From Octopus vulgaris (Eukaryota), in the NCBI GenBank assembly GCA_951406725.2, contig OX597816.1:54188001-54252000 (forward strand): a stretch of 64,000 nucleotides of DNA. The letters are read 5' to 3'. The notes under the pieces were generated by a model. That model made no database searches, was not told the origin of the DNA, and was given only the letters and a program-made list of their open reading frames with translations. This document shows, in pieces, positions 26,234 to 38,799 of this stretch (position 1 is its first letter; every line of letters begins with the position of its first letter). Both the position numbers and the translations under genes were made by a program.

Positions 26234-26646
26234 ATCTTTAATGATTCGTTACAATTGTTTCTGTACTAATTCTGATTGCAACACCAGTTTTCGCACAATG
26301 TGAGAGCGCACCTTTGAAAACGCACAATGTGAGCGCGCACCTTTGAAGACGCACAATGTGAGGGCGCACCTTTGAAGACGCACAATGTGAGGGCACACCT
26401 TTGAAGACGCACAATGTGAAGGCGCACCTTTGAAGACGCACAATGTGAGGGCGCACCTTTGAAGACGCACAATGTGAGGGCGCACCTTTGAAGACGCACA
26501 ATGTGAGGGCGCACCTTTCATGAAAGTCTGATGAAGTGCCTCTTTAAAACAGCAAACATTACGTAAATTTTCACTTCGAACTTTTGCGTAAACTGGTGTA
26601 GCAAAATAAAGTTGGTACAAAACAATGGTAACAAATCATTAAAGAT
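26234..26646. mobile_element. MITE/foldback-like element with ~67-bp imperfect TIRs enclosing a minisatellite
   Basis: Left atctttaatgattcgttacaattgtttctgtac..gcaacaccagttttcgca matches the reverse complement of right tgcgtaaactggtgtagc..gtacaaaacaatggtaacaaatcattaaagat. Confidence 0.75.
26292..26523. repeat. 29-bp minisatellite, 8 copies
   Basis: Unit CGCACAATGTGAGGGCGCACCTTTGAAGA, contiguous with no spacers and 0-2 substitutions per unit. Confidence 0.97.
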
Positions 26647-26723
26647 ATTAGCAGAAAGATCGCTCTCCGGGCAGTTATCTGCTAGTCAGTCCTGGAGTGT
26701 GTGTGTGTTTATACTACAGAGAT

Positions 26724-26796
<73 letters not shown>

Positions 26797-27912
26797 GAGA
26801 GAGAGAAAGAGAGAACATTGCAAACAATGAATGAAATAAACATGAAATGTGAAAATCGTATAAATAAAAACTCGTTAAAAACTATCGGCATTCTTTCGGT
26901 TGAACCCTCAGAAATGCCAAAACGAACAGCTAATTTTGTTCGTTAATTTCCGTAATTTTATTTATTTATTTATTTACTTTTATTTTAGAGTGAAAGATAT
27001 ATGTACTTGTGTATGAGAGAGAGAGTGAGTGCCACTTAGATATCACTTTGTCTCTTTCTATCTCTGTCTCTTTCTATCATACACACACATACACACACAT
27101 ACATACAAAAAAGATGTATGCATATGTATGTATACGTTACAACACACCCTTTCACTCACTCACCCACTCTTTATCTCCATCTGTCTCTCTCTCTCACACA
27201 CATACATAAACGTATAGAAACGTACATACACGTGTGCGTGTGTGACAGATTACAAATACAGAGAGCTGAACACGGCACGCAAAAAGTAAATAAATAAAAA
27301 AATATTGTTACAGAAATTAACGAATTGTGCGAGTTCAAACGAAAGAATGACAAACCATCTTGTACCGAATATTTAAATTTGTGAACATGAAATATTCAAT
27401 AATACAAGGAAGTTCAGAAAGTAAATTTTCCTGAAAACTTAAATTTTTAAAGATTTCTCACTTGCTTAGTGAATATTTCTTTCAGTAATTTATCGTAGTT
27501 GTAATATATCTCTAATTTAAAGAAACTTGAAGTAACCCTAGCACGTTTAATGAGCTAGAAATAGCAGCGATCACATAGTTATTATTGTAAGGTTTATAGC
27601 GTTCCAAACAGCAATACCAACAAAATCACTAAATTTTAAAAAAAAATTTTACCGGTATAGTATATCATGGAAGCCTCAAAGTTACACAGATATTTTGTCT
27701 AATAGCATTCATTCAATAAATAATTTTTTTCGCATTACATATATAGAATAAACTGTGGGTTTTGATAACATTGAAATGAATATAAATTAAATTATCATTA
27801 ATGAAAATAGAGGCGAAAGAGAGTGAGAGACTGTTGCAAATAAAAACGGAAATTTTCGCCTACAACGAATTAATATTGCTTATTAAATCTACTCTGCATT
27901 GAATGCAACGAA

Positions 27913-27948
<36 letters not shown>

Positions 27949-28160
27949 TGTAAGTATGTTATTGTTCAGTTTTATTTCAAGATTTCTTGCCAATAGAGAA
28001 AGAGTCAGTTTCTAACCTAGATTCAAGGCTCCTTCCTTGGAATTTCAGTAACATCAACAGGGTATTTTGCATTCAAATATATACACCTGCAGAATTGACT
28101 GTTTTGTTATATGTGTCTTCTCATGCATATACTTGAATATCTAGACATGCTTACATATAC

Positions 28161-28316
28161 TTAATTGATAAACCTCCGGAAAGTTTTACAGATTTCTACA
28201 GCTCAAGTGATGGCTTGGATTTGTAGTTTTCGAATCAGCTTTTCCTTTTCTGATTTTGCGAAGCCTAATTTCTCAAGATCGGTATTTAGGTAGTGTGTTA
28301 CATATCTCAGTGCCTC
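28161..28316 (-). mobile_element. R4/Dong-like (restriction-like endonuclease) LINE 3' fragment
   Basis: The minus strand reads EALRYVTHYLNTDLEKLGFAKSEKEKLIRKLQIQAIT*AVEICKTFRRF, resembling the 'GALG...LQK.AI.GT..I' C-terminus of R4-clade ORFs. Confidence 0.6.
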
Positions 28317-28400
28317 TATGTATGTATGTATGTATGTATGTATGTATGTATGTATGTATGTATGTATGTATGTATGTATGTATGTATGTGTATGTATGTG

Positions 28401-28479
<79 letters not shown>

Positions 28480-29177
28480 ATATATGTATAAATATATATA
28501 AACGAGCAGGAAATGTATCGAATTATCTTTGCAAAACAAGCAATCTTTACGGACTCACCGACACTCACAAAAACCAAATAATATGGAAAACACTTCTTTT
28601 AGCGGTCACCATAAATGTATTCCACATCCTTTTACGCTTCAGATAAACGGACGAAACGCATTAAAAAAACAAACAAAATGGTGCGAATTTTGTTTGGAGC
28701 TTTGCAGCATGAATTAAACTCATGCTTTTCTGATAAAGCATGATTTTTATCTAAGCTGCTCAATGTGATTGGAATCGAATGTTGGGTATTTCTAGAGTTC
28801 CTCAGTGATTGATAAATGGCTACGGATCAACAGGAGATCAATAAAACCGTAGACGTTTATAAAGTATTGGACTACAAAAAAGCTTAACTAAATAATGGGA
28901 ATCTAAATGCTTACTCATATACAATGTTCTCAGCTACGTCCGTGCCTACATGACGTGGGTAAAAGTGAGAACAGCTGACTCGTGAAGACAAGAACGTAGC
29001 AGATACAGTTTCGTAGTTTCCTCCAAACACAACACATGATATTTTGCGTATAGGAAGGCAAATATAGAATTATTTATCTATATATTAACATAATTTATGA
29101 CTATTATTATTTATGTGTGTATCTATATAACTTTCGACTTATAAATATTATTTGTTATTTGTATATTTGTTAATATA

Positions 29178-29304
29178 TTGGGTCATCCCATAAATAATGC
29201 AGTTGTTTTCAAATGCATGAACTAAAAGTCGGAGCAGGACCGGATAAACTACCTGCTATAAAAGCAGGTAGTAATTTTGCGTTGTCTTAATTCTTAGTGC
29301 AAGT
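29178..29304 (+). mobile_element. Mariner left-end remnant
   Basis: TA followed by TTGGGTCATCCCATAAATAATGC, identical to the TIR of the mariner fragment at 47514. The adjacent LINE truncates it. Confidence 0.75.
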
Positions 29305-31583
29305 CTCTCGTCGTGTGAACGTTTTCCCAGTGCTTCCTGTGCCATTTGTTGGATTGTTATATTGTTGCGGTGAGTTGCTGTTGTTTTTGCGATTGTTTTG
29401 TTGAAGGACTGTTTACTGCTTCGTTGAAGCGGCTTGTTTCCAATAATAGACTGCTAAACCGTTTGACAGCTATTTCATCTGCCAAAAGGGATAGAAAAAA
29501 CATCATCAAACGACTTTCTCATTTACAAGATAGGCCGGAAGGATTACGAATGAATTAAGTCCGAATTTTTTCATGACGTGGGTCATCTCAATATGGACTA
29601 CTCTCCAAATATCTACGAGGGCCTATGTAAAAAACCCCACGAGCCCGAGAGAAAGAAAAAGAAGAAAGCGCATCGAACTACTAACGGGATGTAAATCATG
29701 TCAAACATTCATGTCGGTTGTATAATGTGCGTGGCCTGATGTCAAGCTGGAAGCAAGGTCGCTTCCTTAATGACATCAGGTCGCGTAATTTGGATGTTAT
29801 TGTTGCTACAGAAACCCGGTTAAGAGGGCCAAGAGATCTGCTCCCGCTGTTGGATGGCTATGAGAGTTTTTTCTCTCCAGGCTATACTTCTAGCAGAAGC
29901 GGGGTGTTGGTCCTGTTAAAAAGAAACCGGGTTTCTGAGAAAAAATTAATTTTTTCAGATCCAGAAGGTAGGTTGGTCGTCATGGACTTGACGTTCAGCC
30001 GTGGTAAAGTTATCAGACTGGTTGCAATTTATGCACCCACGCCAACCGGGAAAAGCAAATATTTTCGGAATCTGGAGAGGTTTCTCGGTACATGACATTC
30101 TTTTGTTGTGCTAGGAGATTATAACACAATTTACGAGGCACGCGTAGATTATGTTGGCTTGTGTACAGATAGAAAAGGTAATACTTGTTTTCTGGAACTG
30201 CTAAGCCGCATTGAGCTAGCAGATCCTTATAGGTTAGAATTTCCGAACGCTCCATTGTGGACATGATCAAATAGCGACGGATCTTTCAGGTCATTCCTAG
30301 ATAGAGTGCTAATTAGGAAAGCAAATAGAAATATAGCTAGGTGTCCACAGTTTCACTCGGTCAGCTACACTGATCATAAAATGGTCACCTGTAAGCTTGA
30401 CATAGATAAGCTATATAATAGAGGCTCCGGCTACTGGAAACTTTTACGTCCCTTTTGGCGATTAAGGAGTACAGAGACCGAATAAATTGTTGATTCAGAG
30501 GGCATTAACCGGTTCCATTATTAATAATAAATGGTGGTATGCCCTCAAGCGAGCCATTAAATTTGAGTCTATTAGATATGACATAGGTTTAGTAGCTATG
30601 AAGGAATCAGCAGTTAAGAATTTAGGGGAAGCAATGAGAACTGGCTCTGCGTCTCAGGTGAAGGCCAAGAGACTGGCGTTAAACCAGCACCTCGATGACA
30701 AAAACATGGGTTGCATTGTCAGGGCTAGGCTTCGTGCAGTGGAATGTGAGGGAATCAAGGCCGCAGGATGGGCCCGAGTGGTGGAAGCCCAACGTGGTAA
30801 TGATGTCGCAATCTGATCTTTGACGAACCAACAAGTTAAATTGAAAGACGAACCCGAGATGTGTAAGGCTTTTCAGGAGCACGTCGCCTAGCTTTTCGGT
30901 GAGGGTGGCGGACCGGATAGTAGGAGGGACCTAACGGACTTCCTCGCCGGGCTGCCGCGCCTATCGGGGCGGGACGCAGAGTGCTGTGAAGAGCCGATCA
31001 CACCTGAGGAGGTAATTGAGGTTATGGCAGACAGCGACGCGGGTAAAGTGCCAGGACTGGATGGTCTACCCTATGAGTTATATAAGAGTATGCCAGATTT
31101 GTTCGGGCACCTGCTGGCGAATGTCTACGTGAACTAGCAGCAGAACAGATTTATTCCCAGATCTGTCCGCCGGAGAATGGTGACGCTTGTCAGAAAGGAT
31201 CCGGACAAGGGGGATTCCGTTGAAAATTTTCAGCCCATCACTCTGCTAAACGCAGAGTTGAAGATTTTTGCCAAAGTCTTATTGAAAAGATTGGCGCGTG
31301 TCGTGGATGGTCTGATCGGGGAGGCACAGACATGTGCTGTTCCCAGCAGAACCATCCAGGGTAATCTCCATTTTATACGGTACACTTTAGAGGGGTTTAA
31401 TAGTGATTCTGACAAGGGTGGGGCACTGATCCATTTATACCAATCTAAGGCATTCGGTAGGGTTGACCATCACTACCTGGTGTCCGTTCTGGCGCAGTTT
31501 GGCCTGGGTCTTGGCTTCCTCAGGTGGATCATTCATATTTATGACAATATCGACTCGGTAGTCCGGGTGAACGGCTTCTTATC
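29305..31583 (+). mobile_element. Tx1-clade (L1 group) LINE, degenerate, internally deleted and 3'-truncated
   Basis: ORF2 remnants from ~29698: NVRGL..ATETRL, SDPEGRLVV, IYAP, LDRVL, YTDHK, GSGYWKL, PGLDGLPYE, NFQPITLLNAELKIFAKVL, QSKAFGRVDH, VRVNGFLS. Paralogous to the element at 59497. Confidence 0.9.
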
Positions 31584-31593
31584 TATATATAAA

Positions 31594-32690
31594 CATTATA
31601 TAATAAGTAAAAAGACCACCTACGTTTCGTGGCTATAACTTCAATTCGAATTACAATTAAATTTAAATTTAATCCCCAAATAATTCAATTTAAAAGTATA
31701 GTCACTCCTCAGGTAAAAGATAATAGCAATGATAGTTAAATAAATACATATTTTTAATAAATAATCTAATAGAATTAAACAGAATTAAACAATATTTCGT
31801 AAAGAAATAAAAACATGATTCTTCTTATATAAGAATCTCCGTTAACTTAATTTGAAACTTAAAAAGTAGGATCAGGTGTCTACAATACATTTATCATGTT
31901 AAAAAACCCAAGGTTAAAAAAATAGATTAAATATATAGAAATATGTATTTTATCTGTGAAGATATATTTTAGCTTTGAGAATAATTTTAACAAACTATAG
32001 TATATCTTTACTGGAAAAATATAAGAGTCCAATTAATTGAAATAAAAATACTTAAAATAAATCTTATACTTAAGTTAATCTAAATTACTATAATTTAATC
32101 TATATTTATTAATTAAATAAATTATATATTAATTTATTAATTAAATAAACATTTAATTTGATCCGATACTAACTATGTACTAAACTCTATAAAAAAATGT
32201 GTAGACTTATAATATATCTTATATCAACAACGTTGCAGCCACAACCCTGCAATAGTATTTTGTATATATTTCTACAATATATTCACGAATAATTTAAACT
32301 TATTATATAAGTAAATTAATTTATGTCAAGAACTGATATTTCACGCATTGATAAAATAAACAAAGTACTTATCATTATTATTATTATTATTAAATTCAAT
32401 AGTATATAAAAAAAAATAATAAAACTCTTAATTGTAATTCGAATTGAAGTTATAGCCACGAAACGTAAGTAGTCTTTTTACTTATTATATAATGATTATT
32501 CATTATTATGTACTTTTTGTGATCTAGATATGTTTTATAATACATTTTATTTTTTCTATTTGATATGGTCTATGTCTATCATTCTTTGAATTACATAATA
32601 TATATATTATATTTATATTGTGAAATTTGATTTAATACTAAATTGAAGTTTTCCCTGTAAGTTTGGAGTTATACTCCCTAATATCATAAT
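31594..32690. mobile_element. AT-rich non-coding element with 67-bp inverted repeats and HHR-like motif (Penelope-like inverted ends)
   Basis: 31594-31660 and 32428-32494 are inverted copies with 2 mismatches. The minus strand has CTGAGGA(31712-06), a long stem, then GAAACGTA(31628-21). The tail 32615-32690 resembles 21490-21565. Confidence 0.7.
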
Positions 32691-32732
32691 TATTATCTAT
32701 ATCTATCTATCTATCTATCGTATATATATACA

Positions 32733-32789
<57 letters not shown>

Positions 32790-32791
<2 letters not shown>

Positions 32792-32935
32792 GACGGGCTT
32801 CTTTCAGTTTCCGACTACCAAATCCATTCAGAAGGCTTTGGTCGGCCCGAGGCTATTGTAGAAGACACTTGCCCAAGTTTCCACACAGTGGGACTGAATC
32901 CGAAAGCATGTGGTTGGTAAACAAAAATACTTATC
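32790..32935 (-). mobile_element. SINE family B 5' fragment
   Basis: cgacgggcttctttcagtttccg..gaagacacttgcccaag..agtgggactgaa matches 49190-49320. Confidence 0.85.
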
Positions 32936-33099
32936 ACAACGTTTTCTCTCTTTATTCTTTCACGTTCTCTCTCTTTTTTCCCTTAATCCTTTCTGTGGAA
33001 GAGTGTAGGCTCGAAACGTCAAAGACTTTTCTATTTTTCTCGAGCATCAAACTAACACACCTACTTGTCTTCGTCTTTTGTTTTCTATAAATAAATTCG

Positions 33100-33134
<35 letters not shown>

Positions 33135-33137
<3 letters not shown>

Positions 33138-33510
33138 GAGCAAAACGCCCCCGTCCAATGGACAGTGTTGAGTTGTCAAACATTTAAACCAAATTTTCTT
33201 AGAGCAACTTGCCCGACCGTCCTATAGGCCTCCCCTTTGAGAAACATTGATTTAACCTAAATTTGAGACAACAGCAAAAGACGGATTTCGGCTGATGTAC
33301 TTGTGCGTACAAATGCACGTTCCCACGGCTTTATCGATCGCATTCTCACCTGGAATCAATTTTTGTAATTTTTTAAAAGAATTAAACACGCCCTGATATC
33401 GTCGGTATCTACATATCAATTTAGAGCGCAATCGGTTGGAGGATGCCCGAGATCCTAGAAGACACACACACAGACAGACAGAACGGATGATATACATATA
33501 TATATAATCT
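33135..33510 (-). mobile_element. Possible non-autonomous Helitron-like element
   Basis: On the minus strand it starts in (TA)n/(CTGT)n and ends with a hairpin (ctgtcca-t-tggacgg) shortly before CTCG|T. The terminus is non-canonical. Confidence 0.4.
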
Positions 33511-33574
33511 ATATATATATATATAATCTCTATATATATATATATGTGTATATATGTATATGTATTCATATATG

Positions 33575-33634
<60 letters not shown>

Positions 33635-34147
33635 TTTCATATATATATATATAGTGACCCTCTCCTAAGGTACAACAATACGATATATATCGCTGTCCAT
33701 TCAGCCATCCATCCTTCCATCCATCTATATAGTTCTCTCGTTCTCTATCCATATATGCGTGAGTGTGTGTGTGTATGTGGGTATGTGTGTAAAAATTAAA
33801 GAAGTCATTAGACTGTATTCACGTTGGATGACCACCTTCAGGGATAAAGTTTATCTCATGGATCTCATTAATCTGCTCAGTCTATTATTGACCTTCTCGA
33901 TCTATATTTGATAAATCATCGATTTACTCATTTTGAAACAAAATCAGTATTTCTGTACACAAATACACCCCCCCCACACACATAACAGGCTTCCGCACAG
34001 TTTTCATCTGCTTTGCAGGAGAATGGAGACTGGAACCATGTTGTTGGAAAGTCAAATTGCTACCATGAAGCTGTCTGTCTTTCTCAGTTTGCCTGTTTGC
34101 ATGTTTGTTTGTTTGTGTGTGTGTGTGTGTTTGTGTGTGTGTGTATT

Positions 34148-34188
<41 letters not shown>

Positions 34189-34552
34189 TTGATAAGCACA
34201 TACATACAATACATACATAGACAAACTCAGAGGCACATAATTCGTGAGTGCATTTTTGATACACTGTGTCAATAAACATGCAAATATACAAAACACGGCA
34301 GACACTACAAGGTAAAAAAGTAGAAACTTGCAACACAGATTCACACCAATTTACAATTCGTCTAACACGTCTGTTTTTTATTATTTATTTATCTATTGAT
34401 TATTTATATGAGAGGACATAATAGCAGCAATAAACAAGACGTGGAACATATCAACATATATCTTGACTTTGAAACAGCACGAGCTGACTTTGGTGACAGT
34501 TTTTATGGCTACACATCTAACAGAGTTTTCAATACAAACATTAATTTCTTCA

Positions 34553-34606
<54 letters not shown>

Positions 34607-34728
34607 TCGTCTACCTACGTACGTACGTACCTAACTACCTACCTACCTACCTACCTACCTACCTACCTACCTACCTACCTACCTACCTACCTATCTACCT
34701 ACCTACCTACCTACCTATCTATCTCTCC

Positions 34729-34800
<72 letters not shown>

Positions 34801-34814
34801 GTCTTTCTGCCTGC

Positions 34815-34871
<57 letters not shown>

Positions 34872-35069
34872 AATACATACATACATATATTTATTTATTT
34901 ACATATCTATTTATTTACTTATATATTTGCTTATTTCATTCGTTCATTTGGATCACGTACACATGATTGTAATCAATTAATAAATAGATATAATTCACTG
35001 TTTACAGGCAGATGTTTGTCGATTGTTTATCCTCTCTATTTTCATATTTGCCCTGTCTGTTCTACTCGA

Positions 35070-35302
35070 AGATGCTGGCTCCGTAATGGACAGACAACAG
35101 AATGAGGAGAGGTAAAAGGCAGGAGAAGAAAGGAGTGTCTTCAACATACACGACCCACATCGGCCATCTTGTGTCAATTCTGCCTACGACTCTCTCACCA
35201 CCGACTTGGACTCCAAAGTCACATTCGACCCAAACATCTGCCGAGGGGACTGGATAGAAACTGACGAACCCAATGCTCGGATACGAGCTGCATCCGACGA
35301 TA
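35070..35302 (+). mobile_element. RTE-clade LINE extreme 3' end
   Basis: Reads [38 protein letters not shown], the C2H2-like terminal motif of RTE/BovB ORFs, followed by a short UTR and (CA)n. Confidence 0.7.
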
Positions 35303-35349
35303 CACACACACACATACACACACACATACACACATACACATATATATAT

Positions 35350-35405
35350 GGATTGGTGAAACTACTTTTTCGTTTTCTGAAAACATATATATACATGTAT
35401 GTGTG

Positions 35406-35458
<53 letters not shown>

Positions 35459-35479
35459 TTTCGTTTTCTGAAAACATAT

Positions 35480-35541
<62 letters not shown>

Positions 35542-35614
35542 ACACACATATATATATATACACATACATATAGATATATGTTTTCAGAAAACGAAAAAAT
35601 AGTTTCACCATTCC
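35350..35614. repeat. Inverted repeat around a (TA)n core
   Basis: tggtgaaactactttttcgttttctgaaaacatatat.. pairs with ..atatatgttttcagaaaacgaaaaaatagtttcacca. An extra partial direct copy lies at ~35457-35490. Confidence 0.85.
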
Positions 35615-36127
35615 ATTTCTTTTTACATTAGCAAGTTTCAGCTTAACAATAATACTTTGTTGGATGCGTGTATGATATTTTCAGTCAGAAATATTTTTGC
35701 CAAACTTTCGTATGTGGAGTTTACTACAATTTTGCAAAATGCTAAACCGTTCTACTACAATTTGACAATTTTCATATCTTGGCATCTGAAGCAGTTGGAG
35801 ATACGATAGTCTGACCAAAAGAACCGGCTTTTGCAAGTAAAATTAAATATTGAAAAAAAAAAAAAAAAACCCTGCATTTGGTAAATTTTTTTTGACATAC
35901 GACAGTTTAACATAATAACAATGATATGTAAATTTAAGATCCAAGGATCCAGGTGTAGGAAGTTAGTAAGCTTTCGTAGAAGGTATAAGAAACAACTTTC
36001 AGGAACATTAATGGTTTATTAGTGTAGAAGGTTGTAAATGTTTTGCCATATCCAAGTTCTATAATCTGAAAAAAAATATTTTTATAGTACACGGTTAGCC
36101 ACTGAGATTGTCACGTATGCGAATAAA

Positions 36128-36435
36128 GATCCATATTCAGGGAATGGAGCAGGTAAAATCCAGACTGCAATGCTTCCTAGCTAGCAGAGTCTCGGAGGTA
36201 ATTATTACTCAACGAGGGGTACTCCACTAGCTACTTACCAGGCTGAAGACACCTTAGTTAAGTGAAGGTTGGATCCCTTGATGATATTGTAACCTTAATT
36301 TAACTAAGGTATCTTCGGCCTGATGAGTAGCTAGTGGAGTACCCCTCACTAAGTAATCTCTACTTCCGAGGTTCTGCTAGCCAGAAAACATATGTAGCCT
36401 GAATTTCACCTGCGCTCATCTCCTCAATTTGGATC
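36128..36435. repeat. 308-bp foldback (arms ~143 bp, 20-nt loop); probable MITE
   Basis: 36128-36270 is an imperfect reverse complement of 36291-36435, including a perfect 22-bp stretch gaggggtactccactagctact. Confidence 0.9.
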
Positions 36436-36508
36436 AAAACGTGTGTATACTTATACATATGTATAAATACATGAATACTTAGATATACATATGCGTAAAT
36501 ACATGAAT

Positions 36509-36572
<64 letters not shown>

Positions 36573-37228
36573 ACAGACACAACGGTGTAAAAGCAATACA
36601 TATTAAAAGATAGGATACAAACAGAGATAGAATTAGTTTAACGAGTCAGTGAAGGAAGTGTCTTAACGCTTCGGAAATAAGACTTCATCAGAAGAAAGAC
36701 AGAAGCATAGTGGGAGGAGAGAGTGAGAGAGAGACGAAGAAAGGCAGGAGAGGGGAAAGAGAGAAATAGTCTATTGATAGTACAATAAGGACGGCACAAG
36801 ATAAACGCGAAGGTTTAGAATCCTGGTAAAAAGCTGTTCAAATGGAGAGTTAAAAGAAAGTGGGCGCACAAACGCTTGCATCTGAGTGTAATTGTAGATG
36901 GAAGCGGACATACGAACGAAGTGGAGGCAATGTTTGATGCAGAAAATAGGGAGGGCAGAACGAAAACGGAGGAAGATACAGGAGAAAATCAAATCAATAT
37001 AAGAATAAAGAAAATGATGATAAAAAATAGAGGGACGCAGTGGGACAAATAAAAAAACAAAAGAAACAAAAGCAAGGAAATAAAGAAACAATTGGTGGTG
37101 GTGGGGGGGACAGATGAGGAGGGGGATTTGTAGGAATGTGGTGGGGGTTAGTGTTGCGCAAAAAAGCAGTAAAAGTTATGCATAGTAATTCCGGGTATAA
37201 CGCATTGTAGAACTGCAGAGTTTAAAGT

Positions 37229-37531
37229 CACCGTGACCGACCAGGCTATCAGATATTGCTACACATCTCTGGTCACAATGCGCTTCGCATTGTTTTTTAG
37301 CCTTCAAATGACGCCACCCCGCTGGCTAAGAGAGCAGGCCAACAGAAGAAAGAGTGAGAGAAATTTGTGGCGAAAGAGTACAGCAGGGATCGCCACCACC
37401 CCTTGCCGGAGCCTCGTGGAGCTTTAAGTGTTTTTGCTCAATAAACACTCACAACGCCCAGTCTGGGAATCGAAACTGCGATCCTACGACCGCGAGTCCG
37501 CTGCCCTGACCACTGGGCCATTGCGCCTCCA
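37229..37531 (-). mobile_element. Full-length tRNA-derived SINE, family C (Arg-like head), with TSD
   Basis: The minus-strand head tggaggcgcaatggcccagtggtcagggcagcggactcgcggtcgtaggatcgcagtttcgattcccaga has A/B boxes. A 13-bp TSD cagagtttaaagt lies at 37216-37228 and 37532-37544. Confidence 0.92.
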
Positions 37532-37622
37532 CAGAGTTTAAAGTACTTTCTCTATTCTCACCTTATTATTCCTTTCACTCTATTTTCACACAGTATTTTG
37601 TTCACTACATGATTTTTCATTA

Positions 37623-37686
<64 letters not shown>

Positions 37687-37820
37687 ATTATTGTTGTTAT
37701 TAAATTCTTTCTTTATATATTTTTATTTTAACCTTTTGTAACTTGTTTATAAATGCCATTCTCTCCTTTACGGTGTCAGTGATCCCCTCTCACACCGTAT
37801 TTCACAACTACCAATTAACA

Positions 37821-37934
<114 letters not shown>

Positions 37935-38556
37935 GCCTTATACCTACTTATCAACTCCTCGTATTTATCTCTTTCTTTTTCTTTGACAGAACCTTCTCTT
38001 ATCGAGTCTTGTATGTTCTCTTCTCCCCTTGTCCCCCATTAACGTCCTCCTAGTCTATCCCAAGCTCTCTATCGTATTCATCTTCCTCCTTCTTCTCCCC
38101 ACCACAACATTCCCCCGTCTCTCTTTCTCCACTTTCAGCCTTCACTTTCACTTGTCCCTTTCTCTCCCACTCCCTACCTTAATTCTTCACTCCTCACTTA
38201 TTAACCGCTTTTCCTTCACTCCTTATTCTCTCATCGCAATCAATATGGATTGACTCAATTCACACACCTGAAACGTTTTTTAATGAAGCTTAGAAAATGC
38301 TCACCTTGCTGGAAAGCAACCGGGATATTAACAGTATTTCAACCAATAAACGCGGGACATCATCAGCTGACAGGTGCACAAAGGCATATGCCTGTTTAGT
38401 TACATTTGCAACACCAAAGCAACAGGCCGTGGATCGGAAGTCAGTTTCGAAAACAACAAATGAAATTTTGCGAAAAGGTATGGCCAAAGGACAATTCAAA
38501 AGATGTACTGAGCATATCATCCATTATAGAGATTAACAAAGAAGATATCTACAGCT

Positions 38557-38707
38557 TTATTTACATTATTTACATTTGACAGATATTTGCCCTCATCTTG
38601 TTTGTTGCTAACACGTTTCAGCTGATATACTCTCCAGCCTTCATCAGGTGTCTTGGGGAAATTTTAAACCTGGGTTCTCATTCCTAAGGTATTTTTCTAT
38701 GTTGTTG

Positions 38708-38799
<92 letters not shown>

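Noticed and set aside
26292-26523. CRISPR-like array of 29-bp repeats
   Set aside because: Units are contiguous with no unique spacers, the context is eukaryotic and there are no cas genes; it is a minisatellite.
26524-26586. CTGATGAAGTG...CACTTCGAAC as a hammerhead
   Set aside because: Lacks GAAA and the NUH site; it is only a short hairpin.
36318-36390. CTGATGAG inside the 308-bp foldback as a hammerhead core
   Set aside because: No properly placed stem II closure plus GAAA/NUH, and the opposite arm does not conserve the motif.
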